Shown: in pieces, positions 37,838 through 40,879 of the stretch | How the letters are laid out: each line of letters starts with the position of its first letter | Numbering within the stretch: position 1 is the stretch's first letter | Notes under the pieces: model-generated | Told to the model about the DNA's origin: nothing | What the model saw: the letters and a program-made list of their open reading frames with translations, nothing else | The model's database searches: none | NCBI GenBank assembly: GCA_019090585.1 | Contig: JAHRVR010000060.1 | Coordinates: 1 to 40,879 of the forward strand | Origin: Sphingomonadaceae bacterium | Lineage (GTDB): Bacteria > Pseudomonadota > Alphaproteobacteria > Sphingomonadales > Sphingomonadaceae | Reading direction: 5' to 3' | Length of the DNA: 40,879 nucleotides | Position numbers and translations under genes: made by a program

Positions 37838-38707
37838 ATGCCTGTGGCGATTGTTATCGCAGCACTGGTAGTTGGATCGGTATTGTTCCACTTGGTTAGT
37901 CCATGGTGGCAAACGCCGATCGCATCAAACTGGTCATCACTTGATGTCGCACTGGACGTGACGCTGTGGATTTGCGGACTTGCATTCATCGTCCTCAACT
38001 TGTTCCTGGCGTACGTGGTATGGCGTTACCGCCACCGAGAGGGACACCGGGCCCACTATGAGCCGGAAAACGCTTCCCTTGAAAAGACACTGACATTCTG
38101 GACCGCAGTTGGCATCGTTGGAATGTTGACTCCGGGCCTTGCCGCATGGGCAAAATATGTAAACGTGCCCCAGGATGCAGCGATGGTAGAGGCGGTCGGG
38201 CAGCAATGGCAGTGGACGTATCGCTATCCCGGCCCGGACGGAGTGCTTGGCGCTGCCGGCGTGATGCATATCACACCGGACAATAGCCTGGGTCTGGACC
38301 CAACCGATCCATTCGGCCGCGATGACAAGATCATTGAATCCAGCGAAATGCGCCTTCCTCTGGACAAGCCGGTCAAACTCTTACTGCGATCAAAGGATGT
38401 GCTGCACGACTTCTATGTCCCGGAATTTCGCGCAAAGATGGATCTTGTTCCAGGCATCGTCACCTATTTCTGGATGACGCCGACAGTGGCGGGCGATTTC
38501 GGAATTCTTTGCGCAGAGCTTTGCGGTGTGGGCCATCACGAGATGCGCGGCAACGTAGTTGTCGAGCCCCAAGCTGCATTCGATGAATGGCTCTCCGAGC
38601 AGATAACTTTCGGGGAGATCCTGGAGCAAGCAAGCCCCGCCTCGCGTTCTGAGATGTTTGCAACCGCGGACGTCTGTGTCGGCACAAGTATCTGGAGCAA
38701 CCCCTGA
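37838..38707 (+). CDS. Cytochrome c oxidase subunit II (CoxM type)
   Basis: PWWQTPIASNW, QQWQWTYRYPG, CuA motif DVLH...CAELCGVGHHEM. Confidence 0.95.
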   Translation: MPVAIVIAALVVGSVLFHLVSPWWQTPIASNWSSLDVALDVTLWICGLAFIVLNLFLAYVVWRYRHREGHRAHYEPENASLEKTLTFWTAVGIVGMLTPGLAAWAKYVNVPQDAAMVEAVGQQWQWTYRYPGPDGVLGAAGVMHITPDNSLGLDPTDPFGRDDKIIESSEMRLPLDKPVKLLLRSKDVLHDFYVPEFRAKMDLVPGIVTYFWMTPTVAGDFGILCAELCGVGHHEMRGNVVVEPQAAFDEWLSEQITFGEILEQASPASRSEMFATADVCVGTSIWSNP

Positions 38708-40437
38708 TGGTAACACTGGCTGATGATCTGCAACCTCTTCATCATCCGAAGACCTGGATCGGCAAATATGTCTGGAGCCAGGATCATAAGGTTATCGCGA
38801 TCCAGTACAGCTTGACGGCAGTTGCCATCGGCCTGGTGGCTTTGGTGCTTTCGGTGCTGATGCGGCTGCAGTTGGGCTTTCCCGGCTCAATCCCCTGGAT
38901 CCAGCCTGATAACTATCTGCAGTTTGTCTCGATGCACGGCATGATTATGGTGGTCTACCTGCTCACAGCCCTCCTTCTCGGCGGCTTTGGCAATTACCTC
39001 ATCCCGCTTATGGTCGGCGCGCGAGACATGGTGTTCCCGTTCGTAAACATGCTGAGCTATTGGGTTTATCTGCTATCGGTGATCGTTCTGGTCGCCGGAT
39101 TCTTCGTGCCGGGCGGTGCAACGGGAGCAGGCTGGACGTTATATCCGCCGCAAGCCATCACCGAAGGAACGCCCGGCTACCAGTGGGGCATCGTCACCAT
39201 GCTGGTCAGCCTTGCGATCTTCATCGTCGCGTTCACCATGGGCGGCCTTAATTACGTTACGACGGTTCTGCAGGCCCGCTGCAAGGGCATGACCATGATG
39301 CGCATGCCTCTTTCCGTGTGGGGCATCTTCATAGCCGCGATCATGGGATTGCTGGCGTTTCCGGCATTGTTCGTGGCCGCAATCATGATGCTGTTCGACC
39401 ATTTGGCCGGCACCAGCTTCTTCATGCCCACGATTTTTTCCATGGGCCAGATTTCCGATACCGAGGGCGGCAATCCGATCCTTTTCCAGCACCTCTTCTG
39501 GTTCTTTGGACATCCTGAAGTCTACATCGTGGCGCTTCCGGCATTCGGCATCGTGTCGGACCTGATCAGCGTTCATGCGCGGCGGAACATCTTCGGTTAC
39601 CGCATGATGGTCTGGGCGATCGTCATTATCGGCGGACTCAGCTTCGTCGTTTGGGCCCATCACATGTATGTAAGCGGGATGAATCCCTATTTCGGGTTCT
39701 TCTTCGCTATTTCCACTCTGATCATCGCCGTCCCAACCGCGATCAAGGTTTACAACTGGCTGCTGACCCTGTGGAGAGGTGATATCCACTTGCGCGTGCC
39801 AATGCTGTTCGCCATCGCCTTCATCTTCACATTCATACATGGCGGGCTGACAGGTCTGTTCCTGGGCAATGTCAGCGTCGACGTGCCACTTTCCGACACG
39901 ATGTTCGTGGTTGGCCATTTCCATATGGTCATGGGTGTGTCGCCAGTCCTGGTGATATTCGGCGCGATCTATCACTGGTATCCCAAGATCACCGGCCGAA
40001 TGTATAACAAGACGCTGGGCCAAATGCATTTCTGGTTCACCTTCCTGGGCACTTACGCGACCTATCTGCCGATGCATTATATTGGCGTCCTTGGCGTCCC
40101 GCGGCGCTATTATGCTCTTGGCGATACCTCGTTCATTCCGGATTCGGTCAGCACAGCCAATGCCGGCATCACGATTGCGGCAATCATAGTGTTCGTGGCT
40201 CAGGCCCTGTTCTTCATCAACCTGACCTGGAGCTACTTTCGTGGCAAAAAGGCCGATCCCAATCCATGGGGCGCGTCGAGTCTGGAATGGCTTACTCCCG
40301 ATACGCCGCCCACCCACGGCAATTGGGGGGAGAAACTGCCCACGGTCCATCGCTGGGCCTATGACTACTCCGTGCCCAATGCGGAGCGTGACTTCATTCC
40401 GCAGAACGAACCGCCCTCAAACGAGCCGCCGTCATGA
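38707..40437 (+). CDS. ctaD: Cytochrome c oxidase subunit I, family A1 (CoxN type)
   Basis: DHK, MHG, GGFGN, GWTLYPP, WFFGHPEVY, WAHHM, HFH, PRRY. Confidence 0.97.
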   Translation: MVTLADDLQPLHHPKTWIGKYVWSQDHKVIAIQYSLTAVAIGLVALVLSVLMRLQLGFPGSIPWIQPDNYLQFVSMHGMIMVVYLLTALLLGGFGNYLIPLMVGARDMVFPFVNMLSYWVYLLSVIVLVAGFFVPGGATGAGWTLYPPQAITEGTPGYQWGIVTMLVSLAIFIVAFTMGGLNYVTTVLQARCKGMTMMRMPLSVWGIFIAAIMGLLAFPALFVAAIMMLFDHLAGTSFFMPTIFSMGQISDTEGGNPILFQHLFWFFGHPEVYIVALPAFGIVSDLISVHARRNIFGYRMMVWAIVIIGGLSFVVWAHHMYVSGMNPYFGFFFAISTLIIAVPTAIKVYNWLLTLWRGDIHLRVPMLFAIAFIFTFIHGGLTGLFLGNVSVDVPLSDTMFVVGHFHMVMGVSPVLVIFGAIYHWYPKITGRMYNKTLGQMHFWFTFLGTYATYLPMHYIGVLGVPRRYYALGDTSFIPDSVSTANAGITIAAIIVFVAQALFFINLTWSYFRGKKADPNPWGASSLEWLTPDTPPTHGNWGEKLPTVHRWAYDYSVPNAERDFIPQNEPPSNEPPS

Positions 40438-40879
40438 GTATCTTCAGCCGACTTTCCGACAAGAGCTGGGAAACTCCCGGCAACCGGGGAATGGCTGATC
40501 CCGCGGATTACCGGCCGGATGCGGTCACCGTGGGAGTTTACGTCTATTTCGGCGTTGCGGCGGTTATTTTCTCGCTCATGACCGCTGCGTATGTCGTGCG
40601 CCTGGGCATGGATACGTTGATGGATCACGGCATAGATGGCACCGACTGGGTGTCCATGCCCGAACCGGCGCTGTTGTGGATCAATACCGTCGTACTCGCC
40701 GCCGGCAGCGTCGCATTTGAAATTGCCAGGAAGTCCGCTCGCGTCGCCAACCGGTCGCGCATGGAATTTATGACCAAGGTGGGCGGGCTGCTCGGGCTTG
40801 CCTTTCTTGTCGGCCAGCTCCTTCTCTGGCGGCATTTTCAGGCGCATGGATTTCTCCTTGCAAGCAACCCGGCCAACGC
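40434..40879 (+). CDS. Cytochrome c oxidase subunit III (CoxO type), partial, runs off the right edge
   Basis: ATGA overlap; MSIFSRLSDKSW...FSLMTAAY...DW..MPEPALLWINT...FLVGQL...SNPAN. Not in the ORF track. Confidence 0.88.
   Translation, partial: MSIFSRLSDKSWETPGNRGMADPADYRPDAVTVGVYVYFGVAAVIFSLMTAAYVVRLGMDTLMDHGIDGTDWVSMPEPALLWINTVVLAAGSVAFEIARKSARVANRSRMEFMTKVGGLLGLAFLVGQLLLWRHFQAHGFLLASNPAN

Overview
GC-rich alphaproteobacterial DNA; the gene set looks sphingomonad/Erythrobacteraceae-like (inference). Left flank (1-2421): 3' end of an HI0933/BaiN flavoprotein gene, a DEAD-box RNA helicase and yaiI. Centre (about 2487-30706): a dense catabolic cluster. It encodes two amidohydrolase_2 enzymes, a membrane PQQ dehydrogenase, a PaaG-like crotonase, two P450s (one CYP153-like), an HSL esterase, an Ltp2-like thiolase-fold protein plus DUF35, an AGCS symporter, an LLM monooxygenase, two tandem non-canonical BKACE/DUF849 proteins, a Rieske oxygenase alpha subunit, a spinster MFS, an epimerase, a CaiB CoA-transferase, a BVMO and an SDR. 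I recognised no regulator, ferredoxin, reductase or CoA ligase in it. The most unusual unit is an apparently leaderless operon at 18143-20553: a small NifU-C-like Cys protein, a perfect 21-bp hairpin, a 594-aa Cys-type UGSC (seleno)protein-family fusion, and a decayed third gene. Several short gene scars lie between intact genes (amidohydrolase, SDR, biotinyl domain). A shared AA(C/A)CT(A/G)GG / CTAG motif recurs in the cluster's promoters. Right part: an EptA/sulfatase-like transferase plus DAG-kinase-family pair, an orphan protein with a perfect (EP)n VNTR, maoC, recQ and the start of a coxMNO-type cytochrome c oxidase operon. No rRNA, tRNA, CRISPR array, integrase or transposase was recognised. 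All family calls come from motif recognition, not database searches.
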